Positions 48,769 through 58,513 of a DNA stretch of 64,000 bases are shown here, piece by piece. This DNA comes from Bacillota bacterium (GTDB taxonomy: Bacteria > Bacillota > Sulfobacillia > JAUYEG01): NCBI GenBank assembly GCA_040766985.1, contig JAXGPL010000008.1:49978-113977 (forward strand), read 5' to 3'. The notes below the pieces were generated by a model that worked only from the letters and a program-made list of their open reading frames with translations, was not told the DNA's origin and made no database searches. Position numbers and translations under genes: made by a program. Position 1 is the first letter of the stretch. The number at the start of each line of letters is the position of its first letter.

Positions 48769-49998
48769 GGCTGGAGGAAGGTCCCCTGATCGTAGCGGAC
48801 CTGGCCGAAGCGGCGATAGTCGCCGAGTTGGCCATGCGCCGCCTCCCCGCGAGCTCCGGGATGCGGCAGGGTTGCGGCGGCCCTGTCGGGCGTACACAAC
48901 AGGCACGCCCCGTCGCACCCCGCCACCGGCCCGAACTGCTCTGCGGTCGACGCCCGCGCATATAGGGGGACGTCGATCCCTGCAACTGCGGGTAGTCGCA
49001 AACTCCCGGTTGAGGCCCGTCGGGCAGGCTGCTCTTGGCGCCCGGCCTTCCATATTCCATACACAGCGCGAAGGTCATCCCCGCATTCGGCAAGGCCCGC
49101 CACGTATGCGAACAGGTCGCGGCGGTACCTTCGGCCGCATGCATGCTCGCGCCGATGCGTTCCCGGTAGAGGCCGGCAAACCGCCTCTTCCACCGCTCCT
49201 TGCGGCCTTGAGGCATGCTCAGGAGAGTTGGTCGAGTACAGCGTTGCGGGAAACCAGCGGCACATCCACACAGCTGGCCACCAGATGGTCTGCTCCTGCC
49301 TTGCGGACGGCGGCAACCAGTGAACGGAGCTGGTCCTGGTCGTCGGTCAGGTAGATGATGGGATCAACGCGGGCCACCGCGTAGAGGCCGGCTTGCTTGA
49401 TCCGCACAAGGTTGTCGAGCAGCGTCTGCGGTCCCGGGCTGCCCGGCATTAGCCTCTCCTGTGGAGTCCCTCGTCGAGGGTGATCAGAGAGACCTGACCA
49501 AAGCAATGGGGCTGCCCCATCATGATTGACAACGCCTCGTCCGGCACTATGCCCTTGGTGACGAACTCAACGGGCAGGCCCCGCCGTACGAACTCCCGGA
49601 TGATCGCGACGGAGAGCCCGTACACTGATCAAGCGGCTGGAACGGATCGGTTACAGGCGACAGATAGCCGCAGGACGCCACGCGCAAAGAATCGAGCTGC
49701 TTTGCCACCTCGCGGTCGAAATCCTCGCTGCAGACGGTCACGATCGCCATGCTGGGCAAACATCGCAAACCGCCCCGGCAGGGCATGGGCATAAGCAGTA
49801 GCAGCAATTGTGCGTGCACCCGTTGTAGGGGTTGACCAGCAGCCGCTCGGAAGTACAGTCCCGCTTGCCGGGCCACCAGCCGTGAAGTCTCTTGCTGGTC
49901 GCCGTGAGCACGTGCGGCACCGGATCGCGCTTGACGCCGTCGGGAAGCGGCGAACCGCGCTTACTGCCTGCCCTCGGGGTCCTTCTCGGTTTGGCCAT
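48765..49998 (-). pseudogene. Radical SAM protein of the SplB / DNA-photolyase-like (COG1533-type) group, with at least 4 frame breaks
   Basis: LVNPYNGCTHNCCYC (CxxxCxxC) is in the first ORF. Later pieces (YLSPVTDPFQPL, ARVDPIIYLTDDQD, GADHLVASCVD...) lie in other frames. Confidence 0.45.
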
Positions 49999-50109
49999 AG
50001 GTTATGCTTTGCCTCCCATCGGCCGACACCTCCCGGCGCTCAGAGGAATCCGCCGGGTTGTGCCAAATTGTGCTTCTCAAGTCAAATATGGAAGGGGTGG
50101 ACGCAGAAT

Positions 50110-50952
50110 TTGGTGAACGAGTCGACCGCAGGTTAATCTGGCCGCTCGTACCGCACTGCTGATCGGGTGTCTCGCCGTAGGATGTGGGCCAAGCACGGCC
50201 ACGGTCAAGGTCACCCTCAAGGACCAAGACGGTGGCTTGCGGGGATTCACCGTCACGATCGGCGACAAGAGCTTACGACTGACGCCGGTGGCGTCGCGAC
50301 AGTCAAGGAGGTGCCGCCCGGCCAGGTCACCATCCAACTGAGCGGCGAAGGAGTGACGGGTGAACACACGGAGACGGTCAAAAAGGGCGATAACGCGTTT
50401 TCCTATACCGTCGATATGCATGCGTTCAGCTTTGTTCCTTTCGGCGACATCGCCAAGATGCGGCTGAAGATCAGCTCCAACGGACAGGAGATGGCTGAAG
50501 CGGTACTGGTTTCGGACCAGGGATCACATTGGGTCATGAGCGGCGGTCAGGTTATTGTGATTGGCGACCAGTTTTACGTCAAGGTCGGCGATGAGCCATG
50601 GACACTGGTGCCGACGGAGGAATTGACCGGGTCCGGGATGAGCATGGCCGCATATACAGCCTTCTTTGCTCAGAACTGGGCGGCCAGCCTTGAGACCTTC
50701 GATGATCAACTGGCCAGCGAAGGGATTACGGCCGAGTTCAAAGGGACCGGCACGGCAAACGAATACAGCTGCGACATATATGAGGCGACGATTGCGGAGA
50801 GCGAGTCTGGACCGATCCGGTTCTACATAATCAACGAGGGCGAGTACAAGGGGCGCATCACCCGGTACGAGGATGTGACTCCCTCAGAGCACTCTGGGGT
50901 CATGGATATCTATGATTTTGGCGCGGAGCTTAACGTGGAGGCCCCCTTCTAG
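50110..50952 (+). pseudogene. Putative lipoprotein with a carboxypeptidase-regulatory-like beta-sandwich, frame breaks near the N-terminus
   Basis: The signal/lipobox segment NLAARTALLIGCLAVGCG and VKVTLKDQDGGLRGFTVTIGDKSL are in one frame. TDAGGVATVKEVPPGQVTIQL and the rest are in the 261-aa ORF. Confidence 0.4.
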
Positions 50953-51109
50953 AGAAGACCTCCGATCCGCTGCCCGGTCGCTGCGGGCGGCTGTGGGGAC
51001 CGGAGCCGAGCGGTGCCGGCCGCCGCGCCGGTCCACAGCCAGCGGTACGCGGCGCAGGCCGGCCGGCTACGGCTCTGCGGCATGAGCATCAGCAACTGCC
51101 CAGCGCGGC

Positions 51110-52304
51110 CTAGGCCCTGCGCGTATGGGGTCCCGTCGCCAGGGCGGTCGCCAGCATGGCTGCACACGGAACGAGTGAGCTAAGATTGATGTACTCCTCC
51201 GGGGTATGCGCTCCGCCGCCCATCGGTCCCAGCCCGTCCAGGGTTGGCGCACCTGCCGCAGCCGTGAGGCAGCCGTCCGAACCGCCGCCAGTCAGGCTCT
51301 CGGTCAAGTCACGGCCGAGCAGGGCGGCAATACGCTTGACGCTCTCGAACATCGCGGCGTTGCGCGGGGTCCGCACCATCGGAGGCCGGGTGATCCCACC
51401 CTCAAGACTGGTCGTCGTTCCCGGGACGTCCTCGCGGGCGGCGATGGCGGTGACATCCGCGACGGCCTGCCGCGCGATCTCGGGCGTCAACACACGGACA
51501 TCAACATCGCACCAGGCCTCTCCCGGCACCGTGTTGAAACTTAGGCCGCCCCTGATCACGCCGACGTTGACAGTCGTACCCGCTTCGTAGTCGGTCAAGG
51601 CCTCCAATGCGAGCACCTTGTGCGCAAGGGCTTTAATCGCGCTCCGGCCGGCCGGGTGAGTTCGCCCCTGAGTGGGAAGGCCTGCCGGCAACGGTCAACC
51701 TAAACCTCGCGCTCCCCTTGCGCGCCGTCACCACCGACCCGTCGTCGCGGGCGCCTTCAAGCACGTAGCACTCGTCGGCGCGGCCGCCCTCGCGGGCGAA
51801 AACGTGCGCCGAGGAAGGGGATCGGATCTCCTCGTCGGAGTTGAAGAAGAACACGACCTCGTGACCCGGCCAGAGGTCGAGCTCCGTCAGAGCCTTGGCG
51901 GCGTACACGGCGCAGACCAGGCCGCTCTTCATGTCCTCAACCCCGGGTCCGTAGGCCCGGCCGCCTTCGACGCGGAACGGCCGTTCGGCTACCGTCCCCG
52001 GCGGAAAGACCGTATCCATATGCCCGACCACCAGGCTCACGGCCCCTCCCGGCTGTCGGGACGCGACCCTGCCCAACACATGGTTGCCGCCGGGAGCCGC
52101 GACAAACTCTGCAGGCACCCCGGCGTCCACCAACGCCTGGCGGAACATCGACGCGACCTGGTTGAGCCCCTCGACGTACCCCGTCCCGCTGTCGATACCG
52201 ACCACCCGGCCGATGAGGCCGATCATCTCACTCTCGCGCTCCTTCAGGAACGCCAGTACCCGTTCTTTGACCGAAACCAGTCCGTTACCGCTGCCGTCGC
52301 GCAT
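51110..52304 (-). pseudogene. M20 family metallopeptidase (carboxypeptidase G2 / ArgE-DapE-like), with one frame break near 51650-51690
   Basis: ATG 52304 lies 8 nt after AGGAGG. LVVGHMDTVFPPG, GPGVEDMKSG and NSDEEIRSP are followed, in another frame, by GRSAIKALAHK...GGSDG...HTPEEY. Confidence 0.75.
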
Positions 52305-52375
52305 GAAGCTTCCCTCCTTAGCTGAACTGCTCTTGCTACCATCCCTACGGATGTTCAGAACATCCATTGGGATGG

Positions 52376-53284
52376 TCACGGCACTTCACCTGTCGCAATC
52401 CTGTGCAGAGTGGGTTGCCGACGGCTGAAGGTGGCGATATCGCCGAACCCCGCCCGGGGCGCCTCCGCCCTCCCAACCTCAAGACCTGCCGCTAGCGTTG
52501 CAGGCGTGTGGGCATCGCTACCGATGGTCACCCATCTGATTCCCGCGGCAGCAGCCATGCGAAGGAGCCCCGGCCCCGGGCTCAGGTACTCCCGACCTTT
52601 GCGGGCCCCGCGCGTATTGATCTCGATGCCGACACCGCGGGCGGCGGCGGTTTCCAGGGACCGGACCGCGAGTTCAAAGACCCTGCCTCCGGCCACGTCG
52701 TCCTCCGTGGCGACACCCATTGTGCGGCGGTACAGGTCGAGGTGGCCGAGGCAGTCGAAGATGCCGCATGCGGCTGCGCGCGCGACCCTGTCAAAGTACT
52801 GCATCAAGGCTTGCTCCGCCCCTCGCTGGCGGAACATCTGCGCTACGTGGGCGGCGCGTGCGAGCGTGTAGACGTCGACCCTGTGTACGGAGCCCAGGAT
52901 GAAGTCGAAGGGGTAGGAATTGATCAGGTCGCCCAGCTTGTCTGCAACTCCATCGTGATAGCCGATTTCCAGACCGGCCTTAACCGCAAGTCCGGACGGC
53001 GCATATCGGGCGGCGACGGCAAGGATGTCGGTCAGATAGCGCTCGATCCATGGACCGTCGACCGGAACCCACCGGCCGTCGACGCTGACCCAGGAGTCCT
53101 CCCCCGCGGCCTCGGGCTCGGTGTCGACGTGGGTCGTGAAACATATCTCATCGAGCCCGCGTTCCAGTGCCGCACGGCAGTAGTCGTCCATACTGCCTTC
53201 GGCATCGATCGAGTACGCGGGGTGGATGTGGTAGTCGTAGCGGCCGGCGGGTGAGCTAGACATGGAGTTCAATGACGTCTTCAT
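52376..53284 (-). CDS. PHP-domain histidinol-phosphatase family (HisJ-like) protein
   Basis: DYHIHPAYSIDAEGS...ICFTTHVD...GSVH...GSDAH metal-ligand pattern. The start codon is uncertain. Confidence 0.65.
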   Translation of the reverse strand: MKTSLNSMSSSPAGRYDYHIHPAYSIDAEGSMDDYCRAALERGLDEICFTTHVDTEPEAAGEDSWVSVDGRWVPVDGPWIERYLTDILAVAARYAPSGLAVKAGLEIGYHDGVADKLGDLINSYPFDFILGSVHRVDVYTLARAAHVAQMFRQRGAEQALMQYFDRVARAAACGIFDCLGHLDLYRRTMGVATEDDVAGGRVFELAVRSLETAAARGVGIEINTRGARKGREYLSPGPGLLRMAAAAGIRWVTIGSDAHTPATLAAGLEVGRAEAPRAGFGDIATFSRRQPTLHRIATGEVP

Positions 53285-54350
53285 CCTCCAGGACGTGGTC
53301 GCGGTGCACCGTCTGGCCGTCGAAGACCCGTCTGCCCCAGACCCGCGCGTACTTTAGATTGGTCGCGAAATCCTTGTGCACCGCGGATGCCGCGTTGTAG
53401 ACGGTCGCCCCGCGGGGCAGAACAAATGGGGTGTTGTAGTCGGGCTTTTTGCCCGGGGCCTTGGTGTAGACCCTGATCACGCCAATTGATTCAAATGCTG
53501 CTTTGCGCAGTTGATCAAGCCCGGCCCCGGTGAGGACGGAGGCGGTGAGCACCGGGAGCTCGACCCACGGCGTACCGGCGATCAGTTCCCTGAACAGGCC
53601 CAGGCGCGTTGCAGCGTCGGGGTCATCCGCCTTGGCGCCGACGATAAAGCACGGCTTGCGATTCTGACGGGGGGCGATCTCGCCGGTTTCGGGATCGACC
53701 TCATCCTCGCCGAGGTCAACCCAGTACTCCCCGTCTTCGCTCTCAGTTGCCCCTCCGGGCCTCGTTCCTGCGTCATCGCAGGCGCCCGGCGGGAAAAAGA
53801 CCAACTCGTATTGCTCCAACTCGGCCATCGTGCCCTCAACTTCCTCAAGCAGATCGTCGCTGGAGAGATCGAAGACCAGGGCTACCGCGTCGGCGGCCTT
53901 GATCAGGCCGCGCACCCACGGGGGTGTCCGGCCCAGCGCGACCGGCGGCAGGTCGAGGACCTGGATCTGAACGTTCTGGAACAGGACCATGCCGGGCATG
54001 GGGGCGCGTGTCGTAAACGGGTAGTCGGCGATGTCCGGGGTCGCGTTGCTCGTGGCGCGCAGCAGCGACGACTTGCCCGAATTGGGCGACCCCACCAGGA
54101 CGACTTGCCCGGCGCCCTCGCGGTCGACGTGCCAAAACGGTTTCTGCCGAACGGCACCGGACTTGCGCGTGGACTCCTGCCGCAGGCGGGCCATACGCTT
54201 CTTGATATCGCCGACCATCTTGTCCGTCCCCTTGTGCTTGGGGATGGTCGCCATCATCTCCTGCAGGGCGGCCATCTTGTCGGGGATGGTCCTGGCCTCG
54301 CGGTAGCGCCGCTCCGCGGCAAGGTAGTCTGGCGTAAGGTTGGCGGGCAC
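53256..54350 (-). CDS. DRG/Rbg-type OBG-HflX-like GTPase with a C-terminal TGS domain
   Basis: N-terminal helical region, G1 GSPNSGKSSLL, YPFTTRAP (G2), and the TGS block IRVYTKAPGKKPDYNTPFVLPRGATVYNAASAVHKDFATNLKYARVWG. Confidence 0.7.
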   Translation of the reverse strand: MPANLTPDYLAAERRYREARTIPDKMAALQEMMATIPKHKGTDKMVGDIKKRMARLRQESTRKSGAVRQKPFWHVDREGAGQVVLVGSPNSGKSSLLRATSNATPDIADYPFTTRAPMPGMVLFQNVQIQVLDLPPVALGRTPPWVRGLIKAADAVALVFDLSSDDLLEEVEGTMAELEQYELVFFPPGACDDAGTRPGGATESEDGEYWVDLGEDEVDPETGEIAPRQNRKPCFIVGAKADDPDAATRLGLFRELIAGTPWVELPVLTASVLTGAGLDQLRKAAFESIGVIRVYTKAPGKKPDYNTPFVLPRGATVYNAASAVHKDFATNLKYARVWGRRVFDGQTVHRDHVLEDEDVIELHV

Positions 54351-54595
54351 GGCTCTCCGGTGTCACCTCCGGCTGCGAGGACTGCGTCACTGGCTTAGCA
54401 CGTCCCATTGTACCAGAGACCAGGAACCAAGCGGCAGCGGGGGCGTGGGACGCCGGGAATGTGCTCTGGGGCGGCGCAGCGTCGGCATTGGCCGCGGGGG
54501 CGGCCTGACGGGACGGGAAACCGGGCGGGTGGCGGCCGCCGTTATCCGCCCCGCGCCCGCCACCCTTTCCCGGGCCAGCCAAGAGCAAGCTGCGG

Positions 54596-55771
54596 CTAAC
54601 CTTGATGGACCAGCCTGCCCTCCACGTACACTTTCTCCACACGGCTCCGCACTTTGAACGGGTGGCCGCTCCAGATAACGAAGTCTGCGTCTTTTCCGGG
54701 CTCCAGACTGCCCACCCGGTCGGCCACACCGAGCGTCTCCGCCGGCGTGAGCGTTACGGCGCGGAGCGCATCGGCCTCAGGCATGCCCTCGGCGCAAGAC
54801 ATCGCCGCACACAGCATCAAGAAGTCAATGCTCACAAAGGGGTGGTCCGAGATGATGCTGACCTTGCACCCCGCAGCCGCAAGAATGCCCGCGTTGCGGA
54901 AATGCAGCGCCCGCGTCTCGATCTTGGATCGGTGGCCGAACGTCGGACCGAGGTTGACGCGCGCCTGCCTCTTGCCCAGGAACCCGGCGACAACCGCCCC
55001 GTCGGTGCAATGTTCGATGGAATAATCGATCCCGAACTCCTCTGCCAGGCGCACCGCGGTAACGATGTCGTCCGCGCGGTGGGCGTGCACGCGCAACGGC
55101 ATCTCCTTGTTAAGTACCCGCAGCAACTGCTCCATGCCAAGATCGGTGTCCGGCTGTTTGGACGGGTCGTCCTTGGCCGCCGCCTGCTTGCGGGCGTAGT
55201 CCTTAGCCTTGTACAAGGCGCCACGGATCAGAGCAGCAGCGCCCATGCGGGTGGACGGGGACCGCTTAAGAACCTGACCGTAGTACCGCTTGACGTTCTC
55301 GCCCAGCGCCGCCTTCATACCGCTCGGCCAGCGCAGGACGATGTCCTCGACGGTCTTGCCGGCGGTATCGGTCTTGATCACGATCATCTCGCCGCCGATG
55401 GCGTTGCCGCTGCCCGGCGTGGTCTGCAGGGTCGTGACCCCGCCGGCGCGGGCGTCCGCGAAACTGGAGTGCTCCAGCCACAAAGCATCGATGGCCCTGA
55501 CCTCGGGGGTTACCGGATTGGACCCCTCGTTGCCGTCCGCTTCCGCCTGGCCGTACCATTCGCCCCAGAGCCCGACGTGGGCATGGGCGTCAACGAGGCC
55601 CGGCAGGACGCACTTACCCGCGGCGTCGATGACCTCGGCCCCCTGCGGAACTGCGACTTCGCCTCGCCGCCCGACTGCCGTGATTCTGCCGTCCTGCACG
55701 ACCATGACGCCGTCCGCAATGGGCTCGCCGCTGATCGGATAGATGGTTGCTCCCTTGACCGCGATTAACAT
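54596..55771 (-). CDS. Amidohydrolase family protein (metal-dependent hydrolase, COG1228-like)
   Basis: ATG 55771 overlaps the upstream stop (TGATG). PGLVDAHAHVG...HAHR..D...EHC pattern. Paralog of the next gene. Confidence 0.7.
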   Translation of the reverse strand: MLIAVKGATIYPISGEPIADGVMVVQDGRITAVGRRGEVAVPQGAEVIDAAGKCVLPGLVDAHAHVGLWGEWYGQAEADGNEGSNPVTPEVRAIDALWLEHSSFADARAGGVTTLQTTPGSGNAIGGEMIVIKTDTAGKTVEDIVLRWPSGMKAALGENVKRYYGQVLKRSPSTRMGAAALIRGALYKAKDYARKQAAAKDDPSKQPDTDLGMEQLLRVLNKEMPLRVHAHRADDIVTAVRLAEEFGIDYSIEHCTDGAVVAGFLGKRQARVNLGPTFGHRSKIETRALHFRNAGILAAAGCKVSIISDHPFVSIDFLMLCAAMSCAEGMPEADALRAVTLTPAETLGVADRVGSLEPGKDADFVIWSGHPFKVRSRVEKVYVEGRLVHQG

Positions 55772-56985
55772 CAGCAGCACCCCCCGTTGGCACCGGCGTG
55801 GCAGCATGGGTGCCCGCACTCGCAGTGCTCGACACTTCCGTCGATCAGCACACACCGGGCCTTGGTCAGCGGCTCGAACGGGTCGCCGTCCCAGACCACA
55901 ATGTCTGCATCCTTGCCTGGTTCGAGGGTGCCGACCCTCTGGGCCACCCCGCACACCTCAGCCGGGTTGCGCGTACAGGCGAGGAGCGCGTCTTGCTCGG
56001 TCATGCCCTCCCGGATGCAAACCCCCGCCGCAATCCGCAGCCACTGCTGCGGGATGATCGGATGGTCGCAGATCAGGCTGACCTTGACGCCTGCATTCGC
56101 CAGTGTCCCGGCGGTGTGAGCGCCGCGGTCCTTGGTCTCGAGCTTGCTGCGCTGGTAAATCGACGGCCCCACCATGCAGGGAATCCCCTTGGCGGCGATG
56201 ACGTCGGCGACCTTATCCCCTTCGGTGGCATGCTCGAGCGAGATGTCGATACCGAACTCCTCAGCAACCCGCATGGCGGTGAGGATATCGTCCGCGCGGT
56301 GGGCATGAACCCGCAGCGGGATCTCCCGCCGAAGGACGCGGCAGATCATGTCGAGCTTGAGATCAACGTCGGGGGCCTTGTCTGGTTTGCCGGCGGCTGC
56401 CTCTTGCTTGCGCAGGTAATCCTTGGCCTTGGCCAGAGCCATGCGCATGACCGCTGCGCTGCCCATCCGGGTGGCCGGCCGCTTGTGCTGCGGGCCGTAG
56501 ACGCGCTTGGGGTTCTCACCCAAGGCCGCCTTGAGGCCGGACGGCCGCTTGATCACCATCTCGTCAGCAACGGTGCCTCGACACTTCATGACCAGGATCT
56601 CGCCGCCGATGACGTTGGCGCTGCCTGGTGCTACCTGGACCGTTGTGACGCCTCCCGCGACGGCCTCCGCGTATGCCGAGTCCGCCGGGTTGATCCCGTC
56701 GAGGGCCCGTACCTCGGCGGTGTTGGGGTCGGTCGCTTCGTTCACATCCACTCCTTCCCACCCGAGGCCGTCTTCGTAGATCCCGATGTGGCTGTGGGCG
56801 TCGATGAAGCCCGGAGTGACCACGCATCCTGATGCGTCGATAACCTCGGCTCCCTGCGGGACGGCTGTGTCGGGCCCGCCGACGGCCAGGATCTTGCCAT
56901 CGGAAACCACAATCACGCCTGCCTCGATCCTCCCGGGAGCGCCGGAGGCGGCCGTGAGGAGTGTGCCGCCTTTGATTACGAGCAT
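55771..56985 (-). CDS. Amidohydrolase family protein with a Cys/His-rich C-terminal tail
   Basis: ATG 56985 lies 6 nt after AGGAGG. PGFIDAHSHIG...HAHRADD...LEHA. Ends in EHCECGHPCCHAGANGGCC. Confidence 0.7.
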   Translation of the reverse strand: MLVIKGGTLLTAASGAPGRIEAGVIVVSDGKILAVGGPDTAVPQGAEVIDASGCVVTPGFIDAHSHIGIYEDGLGWEGVDVNEATDPNTAEVRALDGINPADSAYAEAVAGGVTTVQVAPGSANVIGGEILVMKCRGTVADEMVIKRPSGLKAALGENPKRVYGPQHKRPATRMGSAAVMRMALAKAKDYLRKQEAAAGKPDKAPDVDLKLDMICRVLRREIPLRVHAHRADDILTAMRVAEEFGIDISLEHATEGDKVADVIAAKGIPCMVGPSIYQRSKLETKDRGAHTAGTLANAGVKVSLICDHPIIPQQWLRIAAGVCIREGMTEQDALLACTRNPAEVCGVAQRVGTLEPGKDADIVVWDGDPFEPLTKARCVLIDGSVEHCECGHPCCHAGANGGCC

Positions 56986-57120
56986 AGATAGCCTCCTTCC
57001 GCCCGCGGCAAGCGCCGGGGGCCGAAGGTACTTCTAGCGCCAAAGCTTGTTTCTCCTGCCGCCGGAGCGGGACCCCGGCGGGCCGCATCCCAGCATCCTA
57101 GATAGAACGCCATCAGATGG

Positions 57121-57175
57121 TTACTTGGACCTTGGGGCGGGACTATCACTGTCTATGGAAGGTGACCCGGCCGGT
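57121..57175 (+). promoter_or_regulatory. Conserved 5' module of mini-gene 1 (GTTAC-N17-ACTA ... GGAAGGT-N2-CCCGGCCGG)
   Basis: All four mini-genes share the same architecture and spacing. The box ends 36 nt before the GTG. Confidence 0.5.
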
Positions 57176-57211
57176 GCCTCCAACAGAATATCGGTCAAAG
57201 GAGTGTTCCTT

Positions 57212-57553
57212 GTGGGTAAGAAACACAACTGCGGGTGCGTCCTGCCAGTCGAGATCGCGGTTGCTCCCTACGTTGCCGGCCCCTGCAACGGTGCTGTAGC
57301 AGGTTACGGCGCAGGTTGCCAAGGCGCAGTCGCCGGTTACGGCGGCTACCCGGGCGCTGCAGGGGGGGTTGCCGGCGGGTTCGCCGGCGGCTGCTTTGCA
57401 CCGCTGGCGGCCTGCTCTCAGGGCGTCTGCATCGAGAACGGCGAGCTTCTGATCGCCGCGGTGCTGCTGTTCCTGGGCCTCGGCCTGTTCAATGGCAACT
57501 GCCACCCCGGCGGGATCGGCCAGCTTCTCGGCGCGGTCAAGTCCCTTCAGTAA
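57212..57553 (+). CDS. Small Gly/Cys-rich tail-anchored peptide, paralog 1 (113 aa)
   Basis: GTG 8 nt after AAAGGAG. VGKKHNCGC...GYG repeats...CFAPLAACSQGVCIENGELLIAAVLLFLGLGLF. The 168-aa ORF in the track is over-extended. Confidence 0.7.
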   Translation: MGKKHNCGCVLPVEIAVAPYVAGPCNGAVAGYGAGCQGAVAGYGGYPGAAGGVAGGFAGGCFAPLAACSQGVCIENGELLIAAVLLFLGLGLFNGNCHPGGIGQLLGAVKSLQ

Positions 57554-57592
57554 CCGCCGTCCCAAGCGCAATCACACCGGACCCTGGATCGA

Positions 57593-57614
57593 GGGGGCGG
57601 CGCAGGCCGCCCCC
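57593..57614 (+). terminator. GC hairpin after mini-gene 1 (no U-tract)
   Basis: GGGGGCGG-cgcagg-CCGCCCCC. Confidence 0.35.
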
Positions 57615-57664
57615 CCATCGCCGGTCCACCCCGCCCCGCATCCTATGCAGACCGACGCAAGTAA

Positions 57665-57719
57665 GTTACCTGCACTTATGCCGTCAACTACTCTGATTCT
57701 AGAAGGTCCCCGGCCGGGG
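57665..57719 (+). promoter_or_regulatory. Conserved 5' module of mini-gene 2
   Basis: GTTAC (57665), N17, ACTA (57687), GAAGGT, CCCCGGCCGGGG (57708-57719). Ends 36 nt before the GTG. Confidence 0.5.
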
Positions 57720-57755
57720 TCGCCACGGACAACGGACATAAGGAGTGCATTTACT

Positions 57756-58058
57756 GTGGGCAAAAAGAAGCGCCACGACAAATGCCGCTGCTACTGCTGC
57801 TGCGAGTGCTGCCCCGCTCCACGCATGGGCGGCTACGGCATGGGGTACGGCCAGGGCCAGGTTGCGGGATACGGCCGCGGAGGGTACGGCATGGGCATGG
57901 GCTATGGCATGGGCTACGGCGCGGGAGACATGTACAGCCAATGTTTCGCGCCTCTGACGGCCTGTTCGCAGGGCGTCTGCATCGAGAACGGCGAGCTTTT
58001 GATCGCCTTTGTCCTGCTGCTGATCTTCCTTTTCAGCCGCGACAAGTTCCCCATCTAG
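57756..58058 (+). CDS. Small Gly/Tyr/Cys-rich tail-anchored peptide, paralog 2 (100 aa)
   Basis: GTG after AAGGAG. VGKKKRHDKCRCYCCCECC...(GYG/GMG)n...CFAPLTACSQGVCIENGELLIAFVLLLIFLF. Confidence 0.7.
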   Translation: MGKKKRHDKCRCYCCCECCPAPRMGGYGMGYGQGQVAGYGRGGYGMGMGYGMGYGAGDMYSQCFAPLTACSQGVCIENGELLIAFVLLLIFLFSRDKFPI

Positions 58059-58078
58059 GCAAAGCAGCCGCGATCGGC

Positions 58079-58111
58079 GGGAGGGCGGTTGCGGCCGCCC
58101 TCTCTTCTTTG
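58079..58111 (+). terminator. Rho-independent terminator after mini-gene 2
   Basis: GAGGGCGG / CCGCCCTC stem followed by TCTTCTTTG. Confidence 0.65.
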
Positions 58112-58151
58112 CGCCGGCCAACCTCCATCCTACGCTCTTCCTGCTCTGAAG

Positions 58152-58207
58152 GTTACCTCCCGCGTCTGTTCAGAGTACATCTGACTAGTGGAAGGCGCCC
58201 CGGCCGG
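58152..58207 (+). promoter_or_regulatory. Conserved 5' module of mini-gene 3
   Basis: GTTAC (58152), N17, AGTA (58174), GGAAGGC, CCCCGGCCGG (58198-58207). Ends 32 nt before the GTG. Confidence 0.5.
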
Positions 58208-58239
58208 CTCCCCCCACGAAACCAAAAGGAGTGAGTCTT

Positions 58240-58386
58240 GTGCCCGTATACGGCAACAACTGCTTCTCCCCGTTGGCTGGTTGCACGCAGGGCGTGTGCA
58301 TCGAAAACGGCGAGCTTCTGATCGCGGCGGTCCTGCTTCTGATCTTCCTGTTCAGCGAAAAGGATCACAGGTTCCCACCCTGCTAA
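58240..58386 (+). CDS. Small tail-anchored peptide, paralog 3 (48 aa; absent from the ORF track)
   Basis: GTG after AAAGGAG. VPVYGNNCFSPLAGCTQGVCIENGELLIAAVLLLIFLFSEKDHRFPPC*. Essentially the conserved module alone. Confidence 0.7.
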   Translation: MPVYGNNCFSPLAGCTQGVCIENGELLIAAVLLLIFLFSEKDHRFPPC

Positions 58387-58420
58387 TATCGTCGGCCGAT
58401 AGCCGCCGCAGGGCGGCAAA

Positions 58421-58453
58421 GAGGGGCGGGTCGTCCCGCCCCTTGTTCTTTTT
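58421..58453 (+). terminator. Rho-independent terminator after mini-gene 3
   Basis: GAGGGGCGGG-tcgt-CCCGCCCCTT followed by GTTCTTTTT. Confidence 0.75.
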
Positions 58454-58513
58454 GCGGGGAGGACACATGCCGCCGCCGGGCCTGCGCCTCCCTCCCCTCC
58501 CCGGTATGACCCG

